DNA of 63,850 nucleotides, filler included, from Welwitschia mirabilis (taxonomy: Eukaryota), in the NCBI GenBank assembly GCA_051453625.1. It is 6 parts of one record of this genome, joined end to end, with 100 filler letters (N's around TTAATTAATTAA, not from the genome) between each part and the next. Parts side by side here need not be neighbours in the genome. Positions count along the whole stretch, not along the records: positions 29,615 to 50,047 come from JBOZIK010000001.1; positions 50,148 to 55,904 come from JBOZIK010000001.1; 4 more parts are not named here. One strand, given 5' to 3'. The notes beneath the pieces are model-generated. The model made no database searches. It was not told the origin of the DNA and saw only the letters and a program-made list of their open reading frames with translations. The position numbers and the translations under genes were made by a program. Positions 36,750 through 50,350 of the stretch are shown here, piece after piece; the stretch's first letter is position 1; every line of letters begins with the position of its first letter.

Positions 36750-39415
36750 ATGAGTAATCCATCTAATGAATTTTTTATGGGATATCTACCTTTATTCAAT
36801 GGATTAAATTATGCATATTGGAAATTCAGAATGAGAATATTTCTTAGATTCTAGATGTAGATATTAAAAAGGTTATTTATAAAGGTTATAGTATGCTTAT
36901 GTTAGCAAAAACTGATGAAAATAGTAACACCATTNNNNNNNNNNNNNNNNNNNNNNNNNNNNNNNNNNNNNNNNNNNNNNNNNNNNNNNNNNNNNNNNNN
37001 NNNNNNNNNNNNNNNNNNNNNNNNNNNNNNNNNNNNNNNNNNNNNNNNNNNNNNNNNNNNNNNNNNNNNNNNNNNNNNNNNNNNNNNNNNNNNNNNNNNN
37101 NNNNNNNNNNNNNNNNNNNNNNNNNNNNNNNNNNNNNNNNNNNNNNNNNNNNNNNNNNNNNNNNNNNNNNNNNNNNNNNNNNNNNNNNNNNNNNNNNNNN
37201 NNNNNNNNNNNNNNNNNNNNNNNNNNNNNNNNNNNNNNNNNNNNNNNNNNNNNNNNNNNNNNNNNNNNNNNNNNNNNNNNNNNNNNNNNNNNNNNNNNNN
37301 NNNNNNNNNNNNNNNNNNNNNNNNNNNNNNNNNNNNNNNNNNNNNNNNNNNNNNNNNNNNNNNNNNNNNNNNNNNNNNNNNNNNNNNNNNNNNNNNNNNN
37401 NNNNNNNNNNNNNNNNNNNNNNNNNNNNNNNNNNNNNNNNNNNNNNNNNNNNNNNNNNNNNNNNNNNNNNNNNNNNNNNNNNNNNNNNNNNNNNNNNGAC
37501 ACTGCAGACACCTGTGCTCTTAATGCTATATTTTGTATAGTTTGTATAGATGAATTTAAATATATTATAATATGTTATCATGCAAAGATAGCTTGGGATA
37601 TTATTAAGGTTGCTTATGAAGGAAATTCACTAAAAAGTAAGTCAAGCTTCAAATTCTTATCTCCATATATGAAGATATTGACATGGATGAAGAGGAGACA
37701 TTATAAGAGTTCTTTTCCAAACTTACAGACATCATCAACTCCATGGAAAGTCTAGGTGAACTTCTGGATCGAGCAAAAGTGGTCAGAAAAGTGCTAAGAT
37801 ATTTTCTAGAGAGATTTGAATCTAAAACCATACTAATAGAGGAAAGTAAGAACATCAATACAATGGCACTAGAAGAGCTTCAAGATAATTTATAAACTTG
37901 TGAATTTCTTTGAAGTGTGTATAGGAAGGATATAGGTCTAAGAAGTTAGATGAAAAACTAGATGATGGTGAAGTTACTCTCCTAGAAAGAAGTTCAAGAA
38001 ATTCTTACATAAAAGTAAAAAGGAAGATAAGCCAAGTAGAGGCACAAAAATAAAACACCTAAAGCATAGGAAGGAGTAAGACAAAGGTAAAGAAATCCAA
38101 TGCTACTCTTGTAAAGGATTTGGACATATGGATAATGAGTACTCAAATACCAAAATACATAATAAAAAATTAAAAAATTCTTCATTTGTTGTAATATGAA
38201 ATAATATGAATGAGAATGATGATAGTAGTTTGGATTAAGAATCAAATAGAGACAGAAGACTATCTTTCATGGTAATTGTGCCTCTACTTCAAAACTTATC
38301 TAGTATATTAGAGCTTGATAATTTAGATAAAATTAATAAATAATAGGATGAAATAAAAGATACTTATCAAGAGCTATATGAAAAATGTGAAAAGTTGGTA
38401 CTAATGATAAATGATCTAAATAAGGTTGTAAAGTCTCTTACTAAAGAGAAAAAGGAAATGAAATTGAAATACAAATTGCTTAAATCTGATAAATTTGATC
38501 TCATGTTATAGGTAAAAGATTTATCTTTTTTTGTTAATAAAGTTTCTAATGATTCTTTCAAATTAGAATAGATGATTAAAGTTTAGAAACTTACTAGTAA
38601 TAAATTAGGCATTAACTTTGTATCTCAAAATCCACAAGGTCAGTAACTTGGCAAAGTAAGTTTATTTCTAAAGTTACTTATCATTTGTGTGAAAAGCTAG
38701 GGCATTCAAAACTCTTTTGTGATGCTAGAAAGTTAATCTTATTTTCAAATTTAGTTAGTGCTTTTCTTTTAAATTTATTTTAAAAAGATGTATGTAAAAT
38801 AAATATAAAAAGACTAAGTGGGTGAAGGCTAATGATCTTAAAAGTCTCTTAATTTAGATAGGTTTTGAAGTCTTAAATGGAAGTAGCTGGTATTTGCACA
38901 GTGTATGCTCAAGACACATGACAAGAGACAAATTAAACTTCAAACATTTAAGCAACTTTGATAGAGAAGGTATTACCTTTAGTGATAATAGAAAACCAAA
39001 AATAGAAGTATCAAAAGCATCAAAGGAGGTAATTTATTAAAAATTAATAAAGTATTATATATTAATAGTTTAAAGTACAATTTGTTAAGTAGTAGCCAAA
39101 TATATGACAAAGTTCATAAAGTAGTTTTCAATAAATCTAAATGTAAAATTTTTCATTAAAAAAATCAAATGTTATTACCTTAGAGCAAAATAAATATATA
39201 ATGTTTACAAAATAGGTCAATCAATTTCTTCATTTTATTTTTCTTATGATCTTCAAGTAAAGTTGTACCATAAATGATTCAATCATGTTAACTACAAACT
39301 TAAAAAAAATAATGCTTTGAATTTTATTAAAAAACTAAACATTCACTAGTAGATACTATTATAAAACCTTGAAATTATGATATTTTTCTTGGTCACTAAA
39401 ACAAACTGGGGGTTA
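36750..39415 (+). pseudogene. Decayed Copia gag-protease joined to an RNase H tail
   Basis: Motifs seen: PLFNGLNYAYWKFRMRIFL (~36790), a UBN2-type gag core (37500-37900), the knuckle CYSCKGFGH at 38101, protease WYLHSVCSRHMTRD at 38888, and KHSLVDTIIKP...KLG (RNase H tail-like) at ~39335-39415. Confidence 0.88.
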
Positions 39416-39767
39416 ACTCACTGTCCTTTGGTTGATTCTAAGGTGGTTGACTAGATGTATGATTTGGTTGACTAGATGTAATTGGTCAATCAACATGAAA
39501 TCTTAGTCACTGGAACCTTGTTTAGTACTCTAGACCTGCGCCTCGATGGATTAATAGGAACTATGACTAGCTGATCAGACCTAAAGGGTTACAGTGTGGA
39601 AGTACCATCGATGAACTCAAGTTCTTTCTTAAAAATACCCTGATAAAAAATTTTTATTAAAAAAGAGGCATCCAAACCCTTTTCATTATGTTCTAGCCTT
39701 ATTTTTCTCCCAGATCTAGAACATTTCTTAGATTTCTTGTTTCTTCAAGTTCCTTCAAAAGATTCCA

Positions 39768-40825
39768 ATGGCTAAAGGTCTTTCTTAAAAAAGAGTCAAG
39801 GAGGTTGTACCTATAAAACCCTCTTTTTTCTACCAATTCATGCTTAAATAGTCTATAGATATGTTCTAAGAGAAGTTGAATAAGAAGCCTATGTGTCAAA
39901 AGATATCTATAGCTATACCAAAGCTTAGAGAGCTTAGAGAAGTGATCTAACTCTTGATAGATCAGAATCTATCTTATTTCCTTGATGTATTAGCTTATCT
40001 TATCCATTTCTTAGCAGAATGTTCTATTATGATGCTTCTTATGATAGTGACTCTGGTACCTTTGAAACCCTAGTTTTCAAAAAAAGGATGAAGATCACTA
40101 TAAAATTCGTTGTGGCTATTACTGAACTATAAGGATTTTTAGTCTCTTCTAGAATCCATAGAAGATAAGGCAATAGTTACAAGGGAGATCTATGGTAAGT
40201 TCATAGCTATAAGCANNNNNNNNNNGATCTATGATACGTTTTATAGCTAGAAGGATACCTTTTTCACTTCTTTGCTTACTCCTAAATATCGCTTTCTTCT
40301 TTTAGTTTTTACCTATAACTTTTTGCCCTTAGTTGGTTATTGGAATAAGGCCTCTAACTATAGGGCCTATATGATGTATTTGGTAGGGATTGGGTACTTC
40401 ATTAATGCCCCTACCATTATACTGAAGAATATAGTTTCTTAGTTGAAGTACCATAGAACTAGGACTTTATCCTAATCTGTGATAATTGCTAATATGTGTT
40501 GCCACTATCATGCAATATTTTATTTTAAGATTGAAATCCTTCAACTCATGTGACCCATTGGGCATGTAATGTTGTCTTGCATGCATATCTTTGCTCCTTT
40601 AAAGAAGACCTCTAGATCATCTTCTCCCAAGGAAGCCTCTTTAGAAGAGACACTTACATACTTGAAGCGGATTGACTCTCGTATCAGGCACATGAAGAAA
40701 TCTCTTATTGCAGCTAGGTATGAGGTTATTAATACTTCAGAGGAATTTGGAAGTCCATCTCAAAAGGTAGAAGATAAATAAGAATATTTAGAAGAGGAGT
40801 CTAAAGAAGAGGAAGAAGAATAATA
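39768..40825 (+). pseudogene. Decayed SIRE env-like ORF
   Basis: Located between the pol end and the PPT region, it contains YPFLSRMFYY at ~40001. The coiled-coil-like ORF 40569-40781 and an acidic tail form its C-terminus. Confidence 0.65.
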
Positions 40826-42855
40826 ATAAGAATAGAAATCAAACTAGATCTTTACTTTCATGTTTATGTAATTTTTCTTGCTTATGCATTTTTCTCTTCT
40901 TTGTCATTGATGTTAAAAGGTGCAAAATTAGTTGTGTTTCTTATGTGCTTGCATATGTAGTTTGCTCTTGATGAGTGCTTTTACTTTGTCATGCCTTCTT
41001 TAATAGAATAACAATTCACTTGCTTTTATGCTCTCTAATTTGTATTTCAAATTTTTTTAGTGTAAATCTAATTTCCATATGAATTTAAAATTTGTGATAT
41101 ATTGAATATTTAGAATCAAAATTTTGTGTAACTTATAAATTTGTAGTACACTTTTAATTGTCAATGAACAAAATGTTAAATTTTGGATGATCAAAATGTT
41201 GCTTCTTATAAATGATGTTTTTCATAAATATTTTAGCATTTCCTTAACTCTCTAAAATTTGCACTTTAAATTATCTTAATATTAACACAAAGTAAATTTA
41301 TTAAAATGTCTCCATTTGGTATCAAAAACTTAATATTTTTGCAAAGGATAATAGGAATTTCTTAAGGGCGAGTTTTCTTAAACTTTAATATTTTACAACT
41401 AAGGAATATTTGCCATCAATGTTAAAGGAAGAGATTATTAGATTATGTATTACCAATTAATGTCAAACTAATGTTCTTCACAAAGCAAAATTTATGTATC
41501 TTATGTAAAAAATATTAATTACTTATAGGTCAAAAGCTAAAGTAAGGAATATTACATTTTGATTATTAAAACCTGTCAAGTTTAATTACCCTCTTGAGGA
41601 GTCTACTAGACTTTTATGGGGTCAACCATACCTAGAATACACTCTTAGAATTGCACTAAATTTAGAAGGATTAATTGGATATCTGAGGGGTAAATTAGAC
41701 TTATGAACTTAAGAACTAGTACTGTTGAATAGTTTGTTAAGAGATCAACTAGACCTTTGAGGAGTCAATCGAACCTGAGCACTATACATATAATATCTCT
41801 GAGCCGACCATTAAGGGATTGATCAGATACCTGAGGAGTCAATTGGACCTAATGAAAAAAACTAGAACAAATTTTTTTAGGATGAGCAAGTGACTATATA
41901 GATATGTAAATAGCTAAATGAGCAGTTGAATAAATCTTAAGGGGTTGATTAAACATGGAACTGTAAGAAACTATGGTGACCGAAGAGTTTACTCGATTAC
42001 CTGTTTAAGTCATAGCACTAAGAGGGATCAACTAGAAATTTGAGGAGTTGATCGTTTAGAATAAAAATGAAATTTTATTTCTATTATGTATTTGTTATGT
42101 ATCCATTTTCTAGCTGTTGGAAGTATTTATAACTGTACTAATCCTAAAATCCTTCCATTATAAATAGCCAAGAGAGAAATCACTAAATGAACTTTTTGCC
42201 CTTTTGTCGAATAATTAAAACTTGTGATTTATTATTATACTATCTTGGCATTACATTCCTAATCAAAGATGAGTCAACATCTATTGTATCTTTACATACA
42301 AGATTAAATCTTATAATTCATTATTTGTATTTTGTATCATTCATAGGAGAAGAGCTCTATTACTATCATTGAGTTAAATAATGAGTGATATCAGTGCACT
42401 TGGATATTTTATCATTACTACCACATCTTGTAAAAGGTTGAAACTTAACTTACAAAAGCTTATTTGAAAGGTTAAGGCTTAGCCTAAAAAAGTCTATTTG
42501 AAAAGATTAAAACTTAGCCTACAAAATTCTGGTTGAAGGTTGAGACTGAGCCTATAAAAGTCTAAGTGTAAAGTTTACAAGTGAACTTAAAATACTTGGA
42601 AGAGTTAACAAAGATCATCAGTCTTGGTGATAAGCTGATCATTGAGAGTGGAGTAGGGGGTTTCTTAAACTACTATAAAACTTGCATGCATTTGATTAGT
42701 ATTTTTATGCTTTCCATTATTTGCATTTTTCTGAATACTTTTAGTTTTTATGCATAAGTTTTTTAGTGATCTATTTCAAGCAAGTATTTATTGTGAGTTT
42801 ATTTCAATATTTTAACTACTTATTCATCCTTCTTCTAGGGTTCTTGATCCCCACA

Positions 42856-43820
42856 TTTTCTTCTTTTTATACTTTTTGTTTCCATATTTAACTCATGTTA
42901 TAACATTGAGTAATAGCTTTGTCTACTTCTTGAACATTCTTTGTCTGCATGCTTCCTTTGTATGGTAAGTATAATTCTTTTAAAGTTTAACTTTGTAGTT
43001 TACTAAGTAAAGATTTGACTTTTTTTATAACTATAATTTCATGGTTAGAATATTAACCTAATAATATATTACATCTATTCTTGAATTCATCAAAATTTCC
43101 ATTATCTTTCTATTTAATATTTAAAATTTATTCTCTTAAATCTTCAACTATCATTATGGATTGAAATTTAGCCAAGAAAACATTCGTAAAAATTCCCCAT
43201 GAACTAAAATCATGATTATAATTTCTATTATGCCATAACTAAACATCACCTTTTGAAGAAAAAGGAAAATATCTCAAAAATTTAGATTCTAAACTAAGAT
43301 AATTTACTTTGTAAAAGGCATTAAATAAACTTACATGTAATAGAGGTTCTTCTAATTTCTTATTCTCAAAAGTAGGTATTGATATTATATTTTTATTTTT
43401 CACTTTTTTTTGGGTGTTATAAAGCTATAAGATTAATATAACTTAAATCTCTTAGCTAAAGTTTCATAATTCAAAGGTCTTAAATCTCCATCATCTTTCA
43501 AAGAACATCCTACTACAAATTTCTTTTTAGATTTATTTATCCTAGTTATTTAGGAGGATTTTTTTTAAGTGATAGAAGATTTAAGAAGATTAAGCAACTG
43601 TTGCTCTAATTCATTCATTAATTCAAAAAATATTTGTCTTTCATAATATTTTTGAGAGTGGTATCATCCATAATAAAATCTTCCTCTTCTATTTTTAGTT
43701 TAGTCTTACTTCTAGTTTGTTCATGAAAATCATGTTTATTAGGATTTTTAACATATTTACCTTTTTCATCCCATCATTTTCCTTAGATATCTTATTTAAT
43801 TATAGACTTCTTCATTTCTA
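42856..43820 (-). pseudogene. Gypsy gag N-terminal remnant, interrupted by the SIRE insertion
   Basis: The minus strand at ~43155-43276 reads RYFPFSSKGDV*LWHN...FSSWGIFTNVFLAKF, the retrotransposon gag FPFSLxxxAxxW...W...FLxKF motif. Confidence 0.8.
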
Positions 43821-44388
43821 CTAGTTAGCTTTAGGATAGCTCTCCTTCTAGTATTAAAATGATGGAAGCTTATGTTATGAAATAAATGCAAAAATATTAA
43901 TAAACTATGCTGAAAAATGGAGAAAACTATGATGTTGTTAATCTAAAACAAGCTTAAACCATTAAATTAAAAAAATCAAAGGTTTACTACAGACATAATT
44001 GAGACACTAACACTTCAACCATGTAGTTGAAAATGCATTATCAAGATGAGATCATAATGAAGTTACTTGAACTAATCAAGATAATAATTGACACATTTAC
44101 TATATACATATATTACATTAGAAGGAATGAAGAAAATAGAAAAATATCATAGATATTTTAGATGAAACATTGAATAATACTTATTTCTAAGTAATTATAA
44201 TTACGCTAATTCATGTCAAGTTGCATAAATAGGAGCAAGTAAAAAAAAAATTACTTTTTCAAGTAATAAAAAAGTTTATAATAATATTAAAAAATATTAG
44301 TGTTTTAACTTTATATTAAAATAATACAATGTTACATAAAAGTGTATTAATAAGTTTGTGTTTCCTTTTTCAGGTAATACTAAAACAT

Positions 44389-45614
44389 TTGAGATGTTAT
44401 TGCACCCTTGTCAGGATGGCTAGAGCTTCTTCTTAATCTCTTTATATAGTTTTATTTATTGATCCCTTTTTTGAAAAGATCCTTATCCCCATGGTAATCT
44501 TCTTATACACCTTTGTCCCCTTTCTGTTTGATTATTTCCTCTTTTTACATCTAAATAATAGGTTTATGATTGAAGTTTTTCCTATATTTCTAATACCTTA
44601 ATCTTATTTCTCATCCTTATGATAGATATATATTTTGATCTACTAACATTCTAAATAACCGACCTACTAACTAACTAGTATATTAACTTAAATATTAAAG
44701 AGTAATATTGAATATCATCTAAAATGTGTAATTATAAGAGCAAAAATATTTCATTAATATGAAACATTTACATCATTATTAGTTTTCATTGAGCATTAAT
44801 CAAATTAAATACAGGCTATAGGAAACATAAGAGAATGTATGAAAACGTTGATATTTATTCCATTTTAAATATCTTATAAAGTATCTCAACATGATAGTGA
44901 CTTATTCATAATAGATGCACAACCTAGCACAAAGAATTATCTTTCCTAAAGCTAAAATGGATCCTTAACATTATTGAATGTACTTGTTACCATCCTTTAC
45001 AAGTCAAAAGATAAGAAAATGAGTCCAACAAGGGATTTTTAGACTTGTTCTATGGTGTTTATGGTTTTAGAAGATCAGTACAAATAGAGAATAACCATTA
45101 GGTAAAATCTAAGCTGCAAATGACTTTATTAAGAAGACATTATCATGCTATTGTATTCACTTTTATCATGTGAATGACATTGGACATGACATACTCTTAT
45201 ATCCAATCACAGGTTGTCATGTCATGATCTCATTAGAATTCAAATTCAAATATTAACTAATGTATCATGGATTATGTTATGTGGATGATAAATGAAATGA
45301 TAGTCCTTATGATATAATCACTATTTATCATGTCAAAGTTCCATTGGATTTTGAATTCACATGTTAATCGATGTATTGTGGCTAGTGTCATGAGATTAAT
45401 ACTCTAATTTCTTGAGTTTATAGTCTCATCTTTAATCCCATCTTGGCATGGTTGAAAGTCATATTGTTATTAGCTAAAATATAGTGTTTAAGTTCAAAGT
45501 TAAATCATTCCACTTCTTCATAAAAGAGCTCTTGAAATTAGCTGAATTAAACTACTATTCCTTGTAAATCATCTTAAAATCACTACTAAAACATGATGAA
45601 CTAATATCTTAACA
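44389..45614 (-). mobile_element. Minus-strand Athila-like LTR; left boundary tentative, PPT at 45615-45630
   Basis: The minus strand reads GCTAGGTGGGGAGCTA then TGTTAAG from 45614. A TATA-like AAAACCATAAACACC lies near 45060, and a weak PBS-like remnant near 44367-44382. Confidence 0.45.
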
Positions 45615-46079
45615 TAGCTCCCCACCTAGCATTTTATCAGTCCCTTAAAAAAATAATGTGAAATAGGACTTTATAATGCCACTTCATCTAGAGGAGGACT
45701 AAAAACCTAGAATTCGTAATTAAATCATTATGAAAAATGAATGTCTAATTAAGATGAGAATACATCATAAAAGTGATCAAGCAATTATGTATGAGCATTA
45801 AATACCAACTTTTAAAAATGTGCATGAGTTCAATTAGTATAAATATGATAAAAAATCATAAAATACATATAAATCTTACAAATAAGCTATAAAATATCAT
45901 GGATACCTATGTGAAGAGATCAAACTCCATGTCATCATTTCACTTGCCACTCAAGCTTATAGGTGGCTTAATGATGAATGCCTTTATATCTAGAAAGTAG
46001 TGAGATACATATTAATATAAATTAAAAGTAATGGCATAATGGTGAACTCAAATAATATCATGGATCCCCACTTAAGCAT

Positions 46080-49000
46080 TGTTGCGATACCAACTTATGT
46101 GTATTTGATAGGGTATTTTGAGTTGTTTTACAAATAAACTAACAGATAATTCTTTAGTTCCTATGACAATCGAGAATCAAGGAACATGAGATGAAAACAT
46201 GCAAATATCGGATAAAATATAATTAATTCATGCAGGAATAGAAGAGTATCATTTTTGGATCATGATTTTATAGAAGATAAAGAAATTTCACTAAGAAAAA
46301 GATCAAGAAAAGATTATTGTCCACTCCGTCATCCACATGACAATTAGGAAAACAACTCCAAATGAGAATATGACAAAGTTCTTTTAAGATAACTTCTAGT
46401 TGAACTGAAGATTTTTCTATCAAACATTGTCANNNNNNNNNNNNNNNNNNNNNNNNNNNNNNNNNNNNNNNNNNNNNNNNNNNNNNNNNNNNNNNNNNNN
46501 NNNNNNNNNNNNNNNNNNNNNNNNNNNNNNNNNNNNNNNNNNNNNNNNNNNNNNNNNNNNNNNNCTTCTTCTAGACGACAATAGAGATGATACTATTCTC
46601 CCATAGTTTTACAGAATGTTTTCTCGAGTTGTCACCTCTTTATTGTGACTTTATTATACATGTTAGCTAGGGTTTTTACTTTACTTTTCTATCCATTTCC
46701 TTCCCCTTTCTGTCTATAAATAAAGGTCTTTCTCTCAATTCCTAATCATCTTCATTAATACTTGACATTCTTGTGCCAGGAGATCTGAGGACTGGAGAAC
46801 CATCTTATAATCCAAAGAGACGTTACCTTGGTGTTAGGCAGTGTATCCTCCATTAAGAAACAACTACTTTGTGATACAGATGCCTTTTATACTTTTAATA
46901 TGAATTATCTTTTTTTATCAATAATTGCAAGAACTTATCTCTCATAGTTTATGTTATTTAAGATTCATGACAAGTTTCTTTAATTATATAGATTATGAGG
47001 GCAACCTTTATTAAGGTTGAGCTTGAGTAGATTAGTTACATCATTATTTTAATTCCATAGATTAGTTGCATTGTTATTCCAATTTCATAGATTAGTTTTT
47101 CATCATTATTTCAATTTCATGCATTTTAATTTAATTCAATATATTAAGGTTACATATTTCTTTCTCAAAATCAACTCTTTGTTATCCATATCATTGGCCT
47201 TCGATGGAATTACAATATTTGGATCACTCCATCTATACTAGCGTGCTATATTTATGCATCTTATTTGTAATTAATATGATTTAAATCAAGGTGTGAAACA
47301 TTGTATAAATTTGAACCACAACAAATTGGCACCATTGCTAGGGAAGGCTACTTGGAAATCAAGAGTTGTCGTTGCTTCAGTGGATATTCTGGATGTTTGC
47401 TGTAGCATCGATGTACCAATACTCCGTAAGTATTTTATTTTAGTTTTAACTTTTTACTAACCACTGACATCCCTTTCATCATCCAGATATCATAGTTAGA
47501 CAATTGAACCCTTTTCTACTTTCCCTTGATCTGTGGTTATGTGTGTTTTTTGTCTTTATTGTCTAGGTTATCGTCTAGACGATGTACAGGATGATAGCTT
47601 CTGTGAACCAAAAAACTAAATGGTAAAAATAGGAAAAGGCAAAAAATACCAAATAGAGAGGCAGTTCATTACAGAAAATATCTGAGAAAGTTTGCTAAAT
47701 TTTGAAATTGAAAATCAAAACAGACCAGGTATGCAAACTTTAAAATTTCCTGAAATTTCTGATTTTAATTTTTTAAAAGAGTCTAATTTTAATTTTGAAA
47801 AATCTGATGCCATGTTGACCTCTCACCAAAAACAACCTATCTTACTGAATTTAACCCATGTCATTGGAACTATTACTCCTAGTCCTCGTGTGACTCTGAA
47901 AGATCTGATAGTAAATAAAAGACTTGAAATTCAAAACCCTTTTGACTCACCTCCAAGCGATAATGTGGAACTGAAAAACTTAAATTCTTATCCTACCTTG
48001 CGAGGAGAATCTGATGAATACCCCCTACAACACATCGCTAAAATTGAATAACTCATTCTTACTTCCAAAAATGATAAAAAGTACATAACTAGTAGAACTT
48101 ACATGGTCATTTTCCCCATCACATTATGAGATAAAGCTAAACTTTGGCTTAGAATGATACCTCATAAGAGTCTAAAATCTTGGAGCCAATTTTAAGAGGC
48201 CTTTATTAAAAGATTTATGAATGAAACCACCATCTGGAAACATAAAAAAGAAGTCACAAACNNNNNNNNNNNNNNNNNNNNNNNNNNNNNNNNNNNNNNN
48301 NNNNNNNNNNNNNNNNNNNNNNNNNNNNNNNNNNNNNNNNNNNNNNNNNNNNNNNNNNNNNNNNNNNNNNNNNNNNNNNNNNNNNNNNNNNNNNNNNNNN
48401 NNNNNNNNNNNNNNNNNNNNNNNNNNNNNNNNNNNNNNNNNNNNNNNNNNNNNNNNNNNNNNNNNNNNNNNNNNNNNNNTGAAGTAAGTCAAATTTGGTT
48501 AAAACCCTCATCTAGAGAGAACAGAATAGTAGGTCAAATTATCAAAGACCTCAAAGAAGTTAAACATGAGAAAATTGAAACCAAAATAGAAAATGAACCA
48601 ACTAGCGTCATTAAGGATTTTACATCTACTTTGGAGAAATACACCTAGATGATCCTTGATGCTAAAGTAGCAACTGAGAAAAGTCAACTTATTATTCCAA
48701 CTTATAATTTATGTGAGGATAGTTATCACATCATGAAGGAGTATCCTTTACTTCCTACATGAAAAGAGAGGATTTATGAAGAAGTTCATGCTTTGAACCA
48801 AGGACTCTCTAACTACACTAAAAATTATAACTAGATATAAGTCCCCAATTACAANNNNNNNNNNNNNNNNNNNNNNNNNNNNNNNNNNNNNNNNNNNNNN
48901 NNNNNNNNNNNNNNNNNNNNNNNNNNNNNNNNNNNNNNNNNNNNNNNNNNNNNNAACTATCAAAATAACATGGCAAGCCCTTCCAACTCCCAAAACTATA

Positions 49001-50047
49001 GTGATCCTCTTAGGAATTCTATTGAGGAGTTAAAAAAAACCTAAGAGAAGAAAAATGCAAACATAGAAATCTTGTGAAAATTTTACAACAAACCATGCTT
49101 GCCAACCAAAGACCACAAGGAACCATTGCCACTCAACCTTTATCAAACCCTAACGAAGTATGAAAAGATTGTAAGATAGTGACAAGGAGTGGAACTATTA
49201 TAACTCCCAATAATCATAAGGCTTCAACTTCCCATAATAATAAGAATGAACCCTTCAACTACACTCAAAATTATAATCAAAGATAAATCCCTAATTACAA
49301 TTTTAAACATAGGATGCTTGAACAACCTAAAAATTTTTAAACACATCATCCTAAATCCCAACCTTATCGAAATAGATTTGAACATCAAAACTTTCAATCC
49401 AACTATCAAAATAACATGGCAAGCCCTTTTAACTCCCAAAACTATAGTGATCCTCTTAGGAATTCTATTAAGGAGTTGATAAAAATCCAAGAGAAGAAAA
49501 ATGCAAATATAGAAAATTTTGTGAACATTTTATAACAAACCATGCTTGTCAACCAAAGACCACAAGGGACCCTTGCCACTCAACCTTCACCAAACTCTAA
49601 TGAAGTATGAAAAGATTGTAAGGTAGTGACAAGGAGTGGAACTGTCATAACTCCCAATAATTATGAGTCTTCAACTTTCTACAATAATAAGAACGATAAG
49701 GAAGAGGACATAAAAATATTAGAAAATCATTCCTTCCCTTCTTCCCTTAGCAATAAAAAGAAAAATTCCTTACAAAAGAAACCTTCTACTCCATGGTTTA
49801 ATAGGCTTAACGAAAACCCTGTCTTTGACGATCACTTGAAAGCCTTAATGCAAGAGGTAAGCATCAACTTATCCTTCTGGAAACTTTTGTAAGAAAACCC
49901 AAAATACTCTAAGCTATGGAAAGACCTAATTAGAAGAAAGCAAAAATGCGTCATCCCTAGTAAAGTCTTTCTAGCTCAATCTCTTAGCAATTTAGTTTCC
50001 CAGAAGTGTCCAAAATTTAAAGATCTGGGGGCAGCAACAGTTAGTGT
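46080..50047 (+). mobile_element. Athila-like element (subtype D): 5' LTR 46080-47323, PBS 47327-47344, decayed gag from 47620; truncated at a scaffold join
   Basis: The LTR runs TGTTGCG...CCACAACA and the PBS is TGGCACCATTGCTAGGGA. The gag is colinear with the one starting at 20857 (YPTLRGESDEYPLQHI; KCPKFKDLGAATVS). Confidence 0.9.
48811..49696 (+). repeat. Tandem duplication of ~445 bp within gag
   Basis: 48955-49248 aligns with 49401-49696 with many substitutions. The units start AACTACACT at 48811 and 49257. Confidence 0.88.
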
Positions 50048-50147
50048 NNNNNNNNNNNNNNNNNNNNNNNNNNNNNNNNNNNNNNNNNNNNTTAATTAAT
50101 TAANNNNNNNNNNNNNNNNNNNNNNNNNNNNNNNNNNNNNNNNNNNN

Positions 50148-50350
50148 ATCTTGCATTACATTTACTTTATTATTTACTTTCAGTTAGTAAAAGATAAAAG
50201 ACCAAAAACTACCTTTGGAAATCAGTTCTCTAACTCTGAGCCTAGTGCCTTCATTGGGATTACAACATTTGGCTGAACTCCCATCTATACTAGCATGTGT
50301 TTTTCTATAAGTTACATAAATTTAAGGTTACATAAATTTGCACCACAATA
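50148..50350 (+). mobile_element. 3' terminus of a subtype C LTR, with no PBS following
   Basis: Matches ~51420-51643 and ends ...TTTGCACCACAATA. Confidence 0.8.

Larger units (their letters stand above)
35153..42855 (+). mobile_element. SIRE (Sirevirus) Ty1/Copia element: 5' LTR ~35149-36683, PBS, gag-protease, pol largely deleted, env-like ORF, multiple PPTs, 3' LTR 41436-42855
   Basis: The ~1.42-kb LTRs are colinear and end in the SIRE-type ATTCAYYYYYYYTCTAGG...CACA signature. A Met PBS lies at 36686, the PPT is AAAGGAAGAGAT, and U3 contains GGGGTCRAC repeats. Confidence 0.93.
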
